A stretch of 64,000 nucleotides of DNA from Terriglobia bacterium. Lineage in GTDB: Bacteria; Acidobacteriota; Polarisedimenticolia; Polarisedimenticolales; JAIQFR01. Below are positions 1 to 10,226 of this stretch, in pieces. The position numbers were made by a program, and so were the translations under genes. Below the pieces are notes generated by a model. That model was not told the DNA's origin, made no database searches, and was given only the letters and a program-made list of their open reading frames with translations. The DNA is taken from the NCBI GenBank assembly GCA_963748015.1, contig CAVVHE010000009.1, positions 96,001 to 160,000 on the forward strand, read 5' to 3'. Position 1 is the first letter of the stretch. The number at the start of each line of letters is the position of its first letter.

Positions 1-9
1 CGCGGCCCG

Positions 10-411
10 TTAGACCGCGTCGTCTCGTTTCTCGACGCGGACGGTGCCGTCGAAGGAGGCGCCGGGCTCGAGGACGACGCCGCCCTCGCGCTCCATGGTC
101 ACGTCGCCGAACACGCGGCCGCCACGCCGGATCTCGAGCCGCTCGGCGATGCGCAGCTTCCCCCGGACGAACCCGCTGACCGACAGGGCCTGAACATGGA
201 GGTCGTCCGACTCGACCTCGCCGGTCGGTCCGACGACCAGGGTCGAGGGGGATCGCACGCGTCCCGCGATGCGGCCGTCGACCCGGAGCCCCGTCGTGAG
301 CTCGATGATCCCCTCGATCCGGTTGCCGCTGCCGACAAACCCGAACACGTCCCTCGGCAAGCCTGGGTTGCGCGCCCTCTTGGGCCTCTTTTCTCTGCGA
401 AGGCGCATCAC
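10..411 (-). CDS. Bactofilin / polymer-forming cytoskeletal protein
   Basis: Beta-helical pattern FVGSGNRIEG..LRVDGRIAG..LVVGPTGEVE..VSGFVRG..LEPGASFDG; location downstream of parAB is common for bactofilins. Confidence 0.85.
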   Translation of the reverse strand: MMRLRREKRPKRARNPGLPRDVFGFVGSGNRIEGIIELTTGLRVDGRIAGRVRSPSTLVVGPTGEVESDDLHVQALSVSGFVRGKLRIAERLEIRRGGRVFGDVTMEREGGVVLEPGASFDGTVRVEKRDDAV

Positions 412-480
412 GCCGCCTGACCCTGGCCGGATCCGGCCACGGCTCCGGCGCCGGGGCGTCGCGATCGCGACGCGAAGACG

Positions 481-622
481 CGGCCGACCGACCTGTCGGC
501 ATTGCTCGAATTGCAGACATCCATGTCGGCACGGATGCGTCCGCCGACTTGACGGTCGGCAAAATGCCTAGCGCCGACAGAATAGTCGGCAAACTCGCAT
601 TTGCCGACACAAATGTCGGCAA
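481..622. repeat. Five GCCGAC-N6-GTCGGC palindromes at an exact 30-bp period
   Basis: Units start at 483, 513 (GCAGAC variant), 543, 573, 603; each is followed by A; inner N6 and linkers vary. Confidence 0.9.
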
Positions 623-1581
623 GAATGGTCGGCGCTTGGCCGAGGGGGCGGGTCACGGCGCCTTCTCCCCCCCTTTCGCCGCGCGACCTCGAGGACGAGC
701 TGGTAAACCCGCTGCATCTCCTCGGAGCTGAAGAAGTGGAGCTCGATGCGGCCCCCCTTCTTTCCCTCGAAGATCCTCACGCGGGTCCCGATTGCGCGCT
801 GGAGGTTCTCCTCGGCGGAGACGAGGTTCGGGTCGCGGCGCGGCGCGCTCCGCTCCTTCCTGTCCGCCCCGCCCTTGAGCGCGGCCGCCACGAGCTGCTC
901 GACCTGGCGAACGGAAAGGCCCGTCTGGACTGCCCTTTCCGCGATCCGCTCCTGCTCGCGAGGATCCGAGAGGGACGCCAGCGCGCGACCCTGTCCCATG
1001 CTGATCTCGCCCTTCTTGACGCGCTCCTGGACGGGACCGGCAAGGGACAGCAGCCGGATGGTGTTGGCGACGGTGGCCCGTTGCTTCCCGACCCGGTCGG
1101 CGATCTCCTGCTGCTTCAGCCCCAGCGTGTCGAGAAGGGTCTGGTAGGCGTGAGCCTCCTCGATCGGGTTGAGGTTCTCCCGCTGGAGGTTCTCGATCAG
1201 GGCGATCTCGAGGAGCCGGTCGTCGGGAACCTCCCGGACGACTGCCGGGAGCTTCATGATTCCGGCTCGCTGAGCCGCTCGCCAGCGCCGCTCGCCGGCG
1301 ACCAGCTCGAAGCGGCCGCCCGGCAGGGGCCGCACCAGGACCGGCTGGAGCACCCCCTCCGATTTCAGGGAGCGGGCCAGCGCCTCGAGCGATTCCTCGT
1401 CGAATCGCTGCCGAGGCTGCTTCGGATTGGCGCGAATCCGATCGATGTCGATGAGCTGGATCGGCTCTCCGGCGCCTGGTCGCGGCACCGGCTCGGGTGC
1501 CGGCGCCTTCGGGACCCGTGCGGGGGCCTCCGGGATGAGGCTACGAAGCCCTTTCCCCAACGCCTTGCGCGTTGTTGTCAT
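568..1581 (-). CDS. parB: ParB/Spo0J chromosome partitioning protein
   Basis: ALGKGLRSLIP N-terminus, QPR, GERRWRA box, ENLQRENL; C-terminal ~35 aa run into the palindrome array and are doubtful. Confidence 0.97.
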   Translation of the reverse strand: MTTTRKALGKGLRSLIPEAPARVPKAPAPEPVPRPGAGEPIQLIDIDRIRANPKQPRQRFDEESLEALARSLKSEGVLQPVLVRPLPGGRFELVAGERRWRAAQRAGIMKLPAVVREVPDDRLLEIALIENLQRENLNPIEEAHAYQTLLDTLGLKQQEIADRVGKQRATVANTIRLLSLAGPVQERVKKGEISMGQGRALASLSDPREQERIAERAVQTGLSVRQVEQLVAAALKGGADRKERSAPRRDPNLVSAEENLQRAIGTRVRIFEGKKGGRIELHFFSSEEMQRVYQLVLEVARRKGGRRRRDPPPRPSADHSCRHLCRQMRVCRLFCRR

Positions 1582-2338
1582 GCTCGAGGAACTCCTTGGC
1601 GAGATTGAGATAGGCCTCCGCCCCTCGCGAGCGGATGTCGTAGAGGAAAATCGCCTTGCCGTGGCTCGGCGCCTCGCCGAGCCGGATATTGCGGGGGATC
1701 ACCGTCCCGTACACCTGCTGGCCGAACACGCTTCGAACTTCCTCGACGACCTGCCTCGAGAGGTTGGTTCTCTCGTCGTACATGGTCATCAGGATCCCTT
1801 CGATCGCGAGGCCGGGGTTGAGCGCCGCCCGAACCCGCGCGAGCGTATCGGTCAGCTGCGAGATCCCCTCGAGCGCGAGGTACTCGCACTGCACGGGGAT
1901 CAGCACGGAGTCGGCCGCGGTGAGGGCGTTGACGGTCAGCAAGCCGAGGGAAGGCGGGCAGTCGATGAAGACGTGCTCGAATTGCTCCCGGACCGGCTCG
2001 AGAAACCCCTTCAAGCGGAACTCGCGCGCGTCGGCGTCCACCAACTCGACCTCCGCCCCGATCAGGTTCCGATCGGAGGGAAACAGCGAGAGGAAGGGGA
2101 GAGAGTCCACCGCCACGCGGATCTGGTCCGGGGTTGCGTCCCCGGACAGGGCGTCATAGATCCCCGGACGGTCCGGATCCTCGGGGAAGCCCAGCGCTCG
2201 GGTGGAGTTGGCCTGAGGATCGAGGTCGATGAGAAGCGTTCGCTGCTCGGCGATGGCGAGCGCGGCCGAGAGGCTGACGGCGGTCGTCGTCTTGCCGACG
2301 CCGCCTTTCTGATTCACGATCGCGACGACCCGACCCAA
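1541..2338 (-). CDS. parA: ParA/Soj ATPase
   Basis: NQKGGVGKTTT deviant Walker A, DLDPQAN, DCPPSLG, EAPSHG; TTG start at 2338 preceded by GGGAGG. Confidence 0.97.
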   Translation of the reverse strand: MGRVVAIVNQKGGVGKTTTAVSLSAALAIAEQRTLLIDLDPQANSTRALGFPEDPDRPGIYDALSGDATPDQIRVAVDSLPFLSLFPSDRNLIGAEVELVDADAREFRLKGFLEPVREQFEHVFIDCPPSLGLLTVNALTAADSVLIPVQCEYLALEGISQLTDTLARVRAALNPGLAIEGILMTMYDERTNLSRQVVEEVRSVFGQQVYGTVIPRNIRLGEAPSHGKAIFLYDIRSRGAEAYLNLAKEFLEHDNNAQGVGERAS

Positions 2339-2395
2339 GGTCCCTCCCGGCACCGTCTCCCGGCGCAACGCGGCGGCCTGCACGAGGAAGCCCTG

Positions 2396-2424
2396 ATTCT
2401 GCTCCCGCGAGGCTCCGAGGTCAA
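2396..2424 (-). promoter_or_regulatory. Putative sigma70 promoter of parAB
   Basis: TTGACC-N17-CAGAAT on minus strand, just downstream of the parS sites. Confidence 0.5.
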
Positions 2425-2435
2425 CACGGCCCTTC

Positions 2436-2490
2436 CGTTCCACGTGGAACAGCGTTTCGAGGGGAGGGCCGCGATGTTCCACGTGGAACA
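2436..2490. promoter_or_regulatory. Two parS sites
   Basis: CGTTCCACGTGGAACA (2436-2451) and perfect palindrome TGTTCCACGTGGAACA (2475-2490) match the parS consensus TGTTNCACGTGAAACA. Confidence 0.92.
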
Positions 2491-2780
2491 CCCGACCGTC
2501 CATGGCGGTTCAGGGGCTGTCCGCCGGCCACGGGAGACCACTGCCCGGCCGTTAACCGACTTTCGTTGTATATTTGCTGTCGCCCACTACTTTCGTTTTA
2601 TACTCGCCATAATTCGCTTATCTTTCGCCGAATAATACTCAGAATTCCGCTAAAGCCACATCGTTTCCTGCCGAGAGGTTGATTGCGAGGCTCCGGGCCC
2701 CGGCAAGGCGAATGCCGTGCGCCCGATTTCGCCGTCCGCGGACGTACCGGAGACGACTCGCGAGGAGGCTTCGACCCGCC

Positions 2781-3479
2781 GTGCCCTGGACGAGCGCATC
2801 GCGAACTTCCGCGACCCGAACTCGCCTCGCTGCCGGCGCACGCGGCTCTTCGCCCCGGCGCGCCGCCTCGCGATACTTCAAGGCCGCCGCGATCGTCGCT
2901 TCGTTCTTCTTGCTCGCGCGCCCCGCGCGGTGCGCGCCGGCGACTCCTCTGCCGGCGGACGGTGAACCCGCCTCGCTGGAATTCGAAGTGAAGGCGGCGT
3001 TCCTCCTGAACTTCGCCCGCTTCGTCGACTGGCCCTCCGCTTCCGCAACGGCTCCGGGCAGCTTCGTGATCGGCGTGCTGGGCGCGGACGCCTTCGCGGA
3101 GACCGTCGAGCGCGCGGTGGCGGGGAAAACGGTCGGCGGCCACGACGTCGTCGTGCGCCGCGTCCGGAGCGGGAGCGGAGCGCAGGATTGCCGGATCCTC
3201 TTCGTCGGCTCCGCGGCGCCCGCCGCGTCTTCCCGCGTGCTGGCGGAGCTGGAAGGAAAACCCGTCCTGACCGTCACCGACGGGGACCACCCGGGCGGCG
3301 GCGGCGTGATCCGGTTCTTCGTCGACGACCGGCGCGTGCGCTTCGAGGTGGACCTCGACGCCGCGGAGCGGGCGGGTCTCAAGATCAGCTCGAGGCTGCT
3401 CTCGGTCGCGAGAGTGGTTCGCGAATCGAAGGCCGCCGGCGCGGCAGGGGTGCACTCCCATGCGCTCGCCGCGAAATGA
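2781..3479 (+). CDS. YfiR/HmsC (DUF4154) family periplasmic protein
   Basis: EFEVKAAFLLNFARFVDWP ... RVRFEVDLDAAERAGLKISSRLL; start uncertain (GTG 2781 after GAGGAGG). Confidence 0.85.
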   Translation: MPWTSASRTSATRTRLAAGARGSSPRRAASRYFKAAAIVASFFLLARPARCAPATPLPADGEPASLEFEVKAAFLLNFARFVDWPSASATAPGSFVIGVLGADAFAETVERAVAGKTVGGHDVVVRRVRSGSGAQDCRILFVGSAAPAASSRVLAELEGKPVLTVTDGDHPGGGGVIRFFVDDRRVRFEVDLDAAERAGLKISSRLLSVARVVRESKAAGAAGVHSHALAAK

Positions 3480-5526
3480 ACGGGCGCGCCACGGCGCGCC
3501 GGCCGCATCGAAGCACCGCACACGCCCCTCGTGGCGGGATCTCTCGATCCGGACCAAGCTCGTCCTCGCCATCACGCTGACGAGCGCGATCTCGCTCCTG
3601 CTCGCGTCGGCCGGTTTCGTCGGATACCGTGTCGCGGCGTTCCGGGGCGATCTCGTCCGGGATCTCGACGCGCTCGCCCGGATCAGCGGCGACAACTCGG
3701 CCGCCGCGCTGACCTTCCGTGACCCGCGCTCCGCGGAGCAGGTGCTCTCGGCGCTCCGGGCGAAGCCCCACGTCGTCTCCGCCGTCCTGTACACCCCCGG
3801 CGGCGCCGTGTTCGCCCGCTATCCCGCCGGCAGCGGGGACGACGCGGGCGCCCCGCCGGGGCCGGACGGCAGCCGCTTCGAGGCCTCGCGCGTGCGGCTC
3901 ACGCGGCGGATCGCCCTCGACGGCGAGACGGTCGGCACCATCGTCCTCACGTCGGACCTCGAGGAGCTCGGCGCGCTGGTCGCGCGCTCGCTGACCCTCG
4001 TCGCGCTCCTGCTCCTGGTCTCGATCTCGCTCGCCCTGGCGCTCTCGTACCGGTTCCAGCGCACCGTGTCGGGACCGGTCCAGCGGATGGCCGACGCGGC
4101 GCGGGAGGTGGCGGAGACCAAGAACTACTCGGTCCGTGTCGCCCGCGAGGGGAGCGACGAGCTGGGGTACCTCGCCACCGCGATCAACGAGATGCTCTCG
4201 CTGATCGAGTCCCGCGACGAGGAGCTGCGCAGGGCGCGCGACGAGCTCGAGAAACGTGTCGAGATCCGCACCGGCGAGCTCATCCGGGAGATGGAGGACC
4301 GCGAGGTCGCGGAGGAAGCGTTGCGCGAGCGCGACGCGCAACTCCAGCAGTCGCAGAAGATGGAGGCGGTCGGTCTCCTCGCGGGGGGCGTGGCGCACGA
4401 CTTCAACAACCTGCTGACCGCGATCGTGGGGTACTCGCAGCTCATGCTGCGCTCGATCGATCCCGGCGACCCGCTCCACTCGAACGCCGAGGAGGTCTTG
4501 AAGGCCGGCCAGCGCGCCACAGCGCTCACCCGGCAGCTCCTCGCGTTCAGCCGCAAGCAGGTCCTCGAGCCCCGCGTCCTCGACCTCAACGACGTCGTCT
4601 CGAATCTCCAGAAGATGCTGCGCCGGCTGATCGGCGAGGACGTCGAGCTCGAATCGCGCCCCGCGCCGGGGCTGGGCAGCGTCATGGCCGATCCCGGCCA
4701 GCTCGAGCAGGTCGTCATGAACCTCGCGGTGAACGCGCGCGACGCGATGCCGCAGGGAGGTCGCCTCGCGATCGAGACCGCCAACGTGGACCTCGACGAC
4801 GCTTTCGCGGACCTCCATCCCGGCGTGAAGCCGGGTCCTCACGTCCTCCTCGCGATCCGCGACAACGGTTGCGGGATGGACGCCGCCACGAGCTCGCGCA
4901 TCTTCGAGCCGTTCTTCACGACCAAGGAGCAAGGGAGGGGGACGGGCCTCGGTCTCTCCACCGTCTACGGGATCGTCAAGCAGAGCGGCGGCACGATCTG
5001 GGTGGAAAGCGAGCCCGGCCGCGGCACGACCTTCAGGATCTACCTCCCTCGCGTCGAGGCGCCGGCCGAGCGCGTGGCCGCCGCGCAGCCCCGCGAGCTG
5101 CCCCGCGGCACGGAAACCGTCCTCCTCGTCGAGGACGACGACAGCGTGCGCGATCTCGCCGCCGACATCCTGCGCCTGAACGGCTACACCGTTCTGGCCG
5201 CCCCCCACGGCATCGAGGCGCTCGAGCTGTGCGAGCGTCGCACGGAGCGCATCGACCTGGTGCTCAGCGACGTGGTGATGCCGCACCTCAACGGGCCGGA
5301 GCTGCTCGAGCGATTGCGCCCGCTCCTGCCCGAGGCGAAGGTCCTCCTGATGTCCGGTTATGCCGGGGACGCCCTCGGGCAACACGGCACGCTGGATCCC
5401 GGCACGCCGTTCCTGCCGAAGCCGTTCACTCCGGACACGCTCGCGAGGAAGATCCGCGAGGTCCTCGAGAGGCCGCCCGCCGTCATCCCGCCCGAGGTGC
5501 GGTCCCGCCGTTCCGGGACGATGTGA
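3460..5526 (+). CDS. Membrane hybrid sensor histidine kinase (periplasmic sensor, HAMP, HisKA, HATPase, REC)
   Basis: Two TM segments, [12 protein letters not shown]-box, [22 protein letters not shown]-terminal receiver LLVEDD..SDVVMP..KPF. Confidence 0.93.
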   Translation: MRSPRNERARHGAPAASKHRTRPSWRDLSIRTKLVLAITLTSAISLLLASAGFVGYRVAAFRGDLVRDLDALARISGDNSAAALTFRDPRSAEQVLSALRAKPHVVSAVLYTPGGAVFARYPAGSGDDAGAPPGPDGSRFEASRVRLTRRIALDGETVGTIVLTSDLEELGALVARSLTLVALLLLVSISLALALSYRFQRTVSGPVQRMADAAREVAETKNYSVRVAREGSDELGYLATAINEMLSLIESRDEELRRARDELEKRVEIRTGELIREMEDREVAEEALRERDAQLQQSQKMEAVGLLAGGVAHDFNNLLTAIVGYSQLMLRSIDPGDPLHSNAEEVLKAGQRATALTRQLLAFSRKQVLEPRVLDLNDVVSNLQKMLRRLIGEDVELESRPAPGLGSVMADPGQLEQVVMNLAVNARDAMPQGGRLAIETANVDLDDAFADLHPGVKPGPHVLLAIRDNGCGMDAATSSRIFEPFFTTKEQGRGTGLGLSTVYGIVKQSGGTIWVESEPGRGTTFRIYLPRVEAPAERVAAAQPRELPRGTETVLLVEDDDSVRDLAADILRLNGYTVLAAPHGIEALELCERRTERIDLVLSDVVMPHLNGPELLERLRPLLPEAKVLLMSGYAGDALGQHGTLDPGTPFLPKPFTPDTLARKIREVLERPPAVIPPEVRSRRSGTM

Positions 5527-5539
5527 GCGCTAGATCCGT

Positions 5540-6220
5540 CTAGCGCTCCCGAGCGGCTGCCCGGAACCGCCAGACCCACGAGCGCTCGCGGCCGGGCAGC
5601 GGCCGGCGGTCGACCAGCTCGAGCCTGCGCCAGACGACGCGCCGGCGCACCTTCTCGAGATCCTCTCCGGCCCAGACGAGGATCTCCCCGCCTGGAGCCA
5701 AGCAGGGGAGGAGGCGGGGGATCACCCGCTCCCAGCCCCCGGCCGCGCGCGTCGAGACGACGCGGACCGCGCCCGCGAGCTCCGGGACGTCGGCCGCGCG
5801 CTGGACCTGCCGCTCCAGCACCCGCGCGCCCGCGATGCCCGCCTTCCCGATCGTCTCCCTCAGGAATTCCGACTTGCGGGCGGACGCGTCGGCGAGCACC
5901 GCCGCGAGCCCGGGCCGTGCGACCGCCAGGGGGAGGCCGGGGTAGCCGTTGCCGCTTCCGAGATCGAGAAGCGGTCCCGCGGCGCCGGGGTCGAGCATCG
6001 CCGCCCCCTCGAGCGACTCCCCGACGTGGCGCTCGACGAACTCGGCGGGCTCGATCACGGCGGTGAGGTGGAGCCGCTCGTCGGCGCGCATCACCGCGCG
6101 CGCCTGCGCCGCCAGCGATGCGACGGCGGGGGCCGCGAGCGCGAGCCCGATCGAAGCCGCCCTCGCCGCGATCGCCACCTCGAGCGGGAAGCCGTCGAAG
6201 GTCCGTGCGCCGGCGCTCAT
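5540..6220 (-). CDS. rsmG: 16S rRNA (guanine527-N7)-methyltransferase
   Basis: [30 protein letters not shown] motif; follows mnmG with ATGA overlap. Confidence 0.9.
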   Translation of the reverse strand: MSAGARTFDGFPLEVAIAARAASIGLALAAPAVASLAAQARAVMRADERLHLTAVIEPAEFVERHVGESLEGAAMLDPGAAGPLLDLGSGNGYPGLPLAVARPGLAAVLADASARKSEFLRETIGKAGIAGARVLERQVQRAADVPELAGAVRVVSTRAAGGWERVIPRLLPCLAPGGEILVWAGEDLEKVRRRVVWRRLELVDRRPLPGRERSWVWRFRAAARER

Positions 6221-8097
6221 GCGCCCGGTCCCGCCTTCTCGAGCTGCACCGTGAGGAGCGCCAGCGCCGCCGGGGTCATCCCGTCGATCCGCGACGCGCG
6301 GCCCAGGGTGTCCGGCCGCACCGCCTCCAGCTTCTCCACCAGCTCGCTCGACAGTCCCGCGAGACCGCGGTAGGGGAACCCGTCGGGGATCCTGCGGCCG
6401 CCGGCGCGCGCCACCCTCTCCGCGAGCCGCCGCTGCCGCTCCACGTACCCCGAGTACCTCGCGGTTTCCGCGACGATCCGACGATCGCGCGCGTCGAGAC
6501 CGCCGAGGATCGCGCTCGGGCCGGCGAGCCTCTCGTGATCCGCCTCCGGGCGGCGAAGCAGCTCCGCCGTGCTCGCCGGACCCTCGAGGACGATGCCGAT
6601 GGAGGCCATCGATTCCCGCGTCGGGGGATCGGGACTCCACCGCTCCTGCTCGAGTCGGTCGAGCGTCTCGTCGAGCCGCCGCCAACGGCACGCCGCCGCC
6701 GCCGCCCTCGCCCCGTCGAGAAGACCGATCCTCGCTCCGGCGGGCGAAAGGCGCCGGGACGCGGTATCCACGCCGAGGAGCAGGCGGTACTCGGCCCGGG
6801 AGGTGAACATCCGGTAGGGCTCCGAGGTTCCCCTCGTGACCAGATCGTCCACCAGCACGCCGAGGTACCCCTCTTCCCGCCCGAGGACCAGCGGCGGCTC
6901 CGCTCGCGCCGAGAGCGCGGCATTGACGCCGGCCATGAGGCCGAGCCCCGCCGCCTCCTCGTACCCCGTGGTCCCGTTGATCTGGCCGGCGAGGTAGAGG
7001 CCGCGCACGCGGCGGGTCTCGAGCGTGGGCGTAAGCTCGGTCGGGTCCACGTAGTCGTACTCCACCGCGTAGCCCGGGCGGACCATCTCCGCGTCCTCGA
7101 GCCCGTCCACCGCGCGAACCATCAGGAGCTGCACGTCCGGGGGCATCGAGGTGGAGAAGCCGTTCAGGTAGAGGAGCGGGCTGTCGAGTCCCTCCGGCTC
7201 CACGAAGAGCTGGTGGCGGTCCCGGTCGGGGAAGCGCACCACCTTGTCCTCGAGCGACGGGCAGTAACGCGGGCCGCGACCCCGGATCGCGCCGGTGTAG
7301 AGCGGCGAGCGGTCGAGGCTCGACGTCACGAGCCGGTGCACGGCGTCGTTGGTGTACGTGACGTGGCAGCTCACCTGGGGGAGGACCGTCGAGGCGGTCG
7401 CCTCGGAGAAGAACACCGGCTCGTCGTCGCCGGGCTGCTCCGGCAGGCGCCCGAGGTCCACGCTCGATCGCGCGAGGCGCGGCGGCGTGCCGGTCTTGAA
7501 GCGCCCCATGCGGAAGCCGAGCCCGGACAGGGCGGCGGACAGCGCGTTCGACGGCGGCTCGCCGACGCGCCCACCCGGCGTGCGCTCCTCGCCGACGTGG
7601 AGGAGCCCGCGCAGGAACGTCCCCGCCGTGACGACGACCCTGTCGGCGAGGAGCTCGCGCCCCGCCGCCGTCCGGACACCGCGCGCCGAGCCCGCCTCGA
7701 CCACGAGATCCGAGACCTCGTCCTCGACGAGCAGCAGGCCCGGCGTGGCCAGGATCTCCCCGAGCATCGACCGGTGGTAGAGGTCCTTGTCCTGCTGCGC
7801 CCGCGGCCCGCGCACGGCCGGGCCGCGGCTCCTGTTGAGGAGGCGGAACTGGATCCCGCACGCGTCGGCGAGCCTGCCCATCACGCCGCCGAGCGCGTCG
7901 ATCTCGCGAACGAGGTGCCCCTTGGCCAGGCCGCCGATCGCCGGGTTGCACGACATGCGCGCGACCGCGTCGCGCCGCAGCGTCACGAGAAGGGTCGAGC
8001 ACCCCAGGCGCGCCGCCGCGATCGCGGCCTCGCACCCCGCGTGTCCCGCGCCGACGACGATCACATCGGCCCGACTCGGCTGCCTCGCTTCGCTCAC
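6217..8097 (-). CDS. mnmG: tRNA uridine-5-carboxymethylaminomethyl modification enzyme MnmG/GidA
   Basis: [60 protein letters not shown]. Confidence 0.98.
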   Translation of the reverse strand: MSEARQPSRADVIVVGAGHAGCEAAIAAARLGCSTLLVTLRRDAVARMSCNPAIGGLAKGHLVREIDALGGVMGRLADACGIQFRLLNRSRGPAVRGPRAQQDKDLYHRSMLGEILATPGLLLVEDEVSDLVVEAGSARGVRTAAGRELLADRVVVTAGTFLRGLLHVGEERTPGGRVGEPPSNALSAALSGLGFRMGRFKTGTPPRLARSSVDLGRLPEQPGDDEPVFFSEATASTVLPQVSCHVTYTNDAVHRLVTSSLDRSPLYTGAIRGRGPRYCPSLEDKVVRFPDRDRHQLFVEPEGLDSPLLYLNGFSTSMPPDVQLLMVRAVDGLEDAEMVRPGYAVEYDYVDPTELTPTLETRRVRGLYLAGQINGTTGYEEAAGLGLMAGVNAALSARAEPPLVLGREEGYLGVLVDDLVTRGTSEPYRMFTSRAEYRLLLGVDTASRRLSPAGARIGLLDGARAAAAACRWRRLDETLDRLEQERWSPDPPTRESMASIGIVLEGPASTAELLRRPEADHERLAGPSAILGGLDARDRRIVAETARYSGYVERQRRLAERVARAGGRRIPDGFPYRGLAGLSSELVEKLEAVRPDTLGRASRIDGMTPAALALLTVQLEKAGPGA

Positions 8098-8177
8098 CGG
8101 TTCTCCCCGTCGTGCCTGCATTCTAGACATCAAGCGGGGCGTCCGCACTCGTTGGCCCGCCGCTCGCTCTCGCTGCG

Positions 8178-8327
8178 CCGCGCGCCGACCTCAGGCGTTC
8201 CTCCCGAGGCACGCTCGCCGGTTCGCGTCCTGCCGCGCCGGCTCGCTCCGCTTTTCGCGCGCCTGCCGAGGAATAGCAGGCGCGCGAAAAGAGGGCCTCG
8301 GGAGGAACGCCTGAGGTCGGCGCGCGG
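8178..8327 (+). repeat. Branched-hairpin intergenic repeat, copy A
   Basis: 33-bp perfect inverted arms (8178-8210 / 8295-8327) enclosing core ACGCT..CTCGCTCCG-hairpin-AGAGG. Confidence 0.85.
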
Positions 8328-8408
8328 TGGTGTGGGCCGGCTGGACCGCTCTGCAGCGGTGTTTCGTGCGTCCCTTTCGGGAGTCGCCCGCCGGCCCCCC
8401 TTCACCTC

Positions 8409-8568
8409 CGGCGCCGCCTGCCGGGGCGGGACAGCCCTCGCGGGGCCCTCTTTTGGCGCGCCGGCTCTTCCGTGGCCGGCGCGCCAAAAGCGGAGCGAGC
8501 CGGTGCGGCGAAACGCAATCCGGCGAGCGTGCCCCGCGAGGGCTGTCCCGCCCCGGCAGGCGGCGCCG
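8409..8568 (-). repeat. Branched-hairpin intergenic repeat, copy B
   Basis: 38-bp perfect inverted arms (8409-8446 / 8531-8568); same core in opposite orientation. Confidence 0.85.
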
Positions 8569-8634
8569 TGCCCGCAAACCGAGTCCCGCGCGGCGGGCTG
8601 CTGCGCAGGAACGCCCTGGTGGGAGCAGGCGGCC

Positions 8635-10005
8635 CTACTTCCCGATGCAGAACGTCGAGAAGATCCGCTCGTAGAGGTCGTCTCGGCCGGGGTCGCCGGT
8701 GATCTCGCCGAGGCGGCGCAGGGCGTCGTGCAGGTCCTCGAGGAGCAGCTCCTCGGAGAGGCCGTCGGCTTCGGCCCGCGCGGCGCTCTCGAGCGCGCCG
8801 GCGGCGGCTTCGAGAGCGGCGGCGTGCCTAGCGTCGGTGAGGACGGGCTCGTCGATCGGTCCCGAGCCGACGAGCCGCGCGAGGAGCGCGCTCTTGAGCT
8901 CGCCGAGGCCGAGCCCGGTCAGCGCCGAGACGCGTAGGGCTCCGGGGCAGGGGAGCGGGACATCGAGCGCACCCGGCAGGTCCGATTTGTTCAGGACGAC
9001 GACGGTCGCGCTCGTGCGCCCTTCGGCGTCCGCCCGCTCGAGGGCGTGGCGCTCGACGTGCCCGGGATCCCTCGACGCGTCCATGACGAGGAGCACCAGG
9101 TCGGCCCCCGCGGCCGCCTCGCGCGCGCGCCGCACGCCCTCCTCCTCGACCGGGTCGGCGATCTCCCGAATGCCCGCCGTATCCACGATTCGCACGGGGA
9201 TCCCCTCGAGATCGAGGTACTCCTCGAGGGTGTCGCGCGTGGTCCCGGGGGTCGCGGCGACGATCGCGCGGTCCCGCATGAGCAGCCGGTTGAACAGCGA
9301 CGACTTCCCGACGTTCGGCGCCCCCGAGATCGCGAGCAGCGCCCCCTCGCGCGCGACGCGCCCCGCCCGGAAGCCCGCGAGCAGCTCGCGGATCGCGTCG
9401 CGAACGGAGGCGATCCCGTTACGCAGCCGGCCGCCGGGGAGGTGCGTCTCCGACTCCTCGGCGAACTCCACGGCGGCCTCGGTCCTCGCGACGAGATCGG
9501 CGAGCGCCTCGCGCACCGGCTGCACGCGGCGCGACAGCGCCCCTTCCGCCTGCGCGAACGCCACCCTCGCCTGGTACAGCGTCCGCGCGGCGACCAGGTC
9601 GCGCACCGCCTCGGCCCTCGCCAGGTCGAGCCGGCCGTGCCGCAGCGCCCGGTACGTGAACTCCCCGGGCCCCGCGGGCCGCGCCCCCGCGGCGACCGCG
9701 GCCGCCACCAGCTCCGCGAGGACCGCCGGGCTTCCGTGAGGCCACAGCTCGGCGGCCGGCTCGCCGGTGTACGAAGCCCCGGCCGCGAACAGCACGAGGT
9801 ACCCGTGATCCACCGCGCGCCCGTCGCTCCCGACGAAGCGGCCGAACCGCGGCGGCCCGCCGGGCTCCGCATCGCCCGAAGCGCCGGGGCGGAAGAGGAC
9901 CCGGGCCACGTCCGCCGCCGCCGGCCCGCTGATCCTGACGCACCCCACCCCGCCGCGCCCCGGTGGCGTCGCAATCGCTACGAGCGTCTCCTCGAGATCG
10001 TGCAT
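8635..10005 (-). CDS. mnmE: tRNA modification GTPase MnmE/TrmE
   Basis: TLVAIATPPGRGGVG, GAPNVGKSSLFN, PGTTRD, DTAG, NKSD, terminal FCIGK. Confidence 0.98.
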   Translation of the reverse strand: MHDLEETLVAIATPPGRGGVGCVRISGPAAADVARVLFRPGASGDAEPGGPPRFGRFVGSDGRAVDHGYLVLFAAGASYTGEPAAELWPHGSPAVLAELVAAAVAAGARPAGPGEFTYRALRHGRLDLARAEAVRDLVAARTLYQARVAFAQAEGALSRRVQPVREALADLVARTEAAVEFAEESETHLPGGRLRNGIASVRDAIRELLAGFRAGRVAREGALLAISGAPNVGKSSLFNRLLMRDRAIVAATPGTTRDTLEEYLDLEGIPVRIVDTAGIREIADPVEEEGVRRAREAAAGADLVLLVMDASRDPGHVERHALERADAEGRTSATVVVLNKSDLPGALDVPLPCPGALRVSALTGLGLGELKSALLARLVGSGPIDEPVLTDARHAAALEAAAGALESAARAEADGLSEELLLEDLHDALRRLGEITGDPGRDDLYERIFSTFCIGK

Positions 10006-10037
10006 TCGGATCGCACCAGACGCAGGCACTACCTAAA

Positions 10038-10195
10038 GGCCGTTCGGATCCGCAGTTGACCCGAAGCGGCCCTCTCTTCGCGCGGCCGTCTCTTCCTCAG
10101 ACGGCCGCGCGAAGAGCGGAGCGAGGTGGCGCCGCGACTCATCGCGGCGCAACGCCGAAGCGTGCCGCGCGGGTCAACTGCGGATCCGGACGGCC
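10038..10195 (-). repeat. Branched-hairpin intergenic repeat, copy C
   Basis: ~32-bp near-perfect inverted arms; same core as copies A, B, D. Confidence 0.85.
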
Positions 10196-10226
10196 GTGCT
10201 CGCATACGGGAAGCCTGCGAAGAGGA

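Noticed and set aside
481..622. CRISPR array interpretation of the 30-bp periodic repeats
   Set aside because: Variable parts are only 6 and about 12 nt, far shorter than spacers; no cas genes in the window
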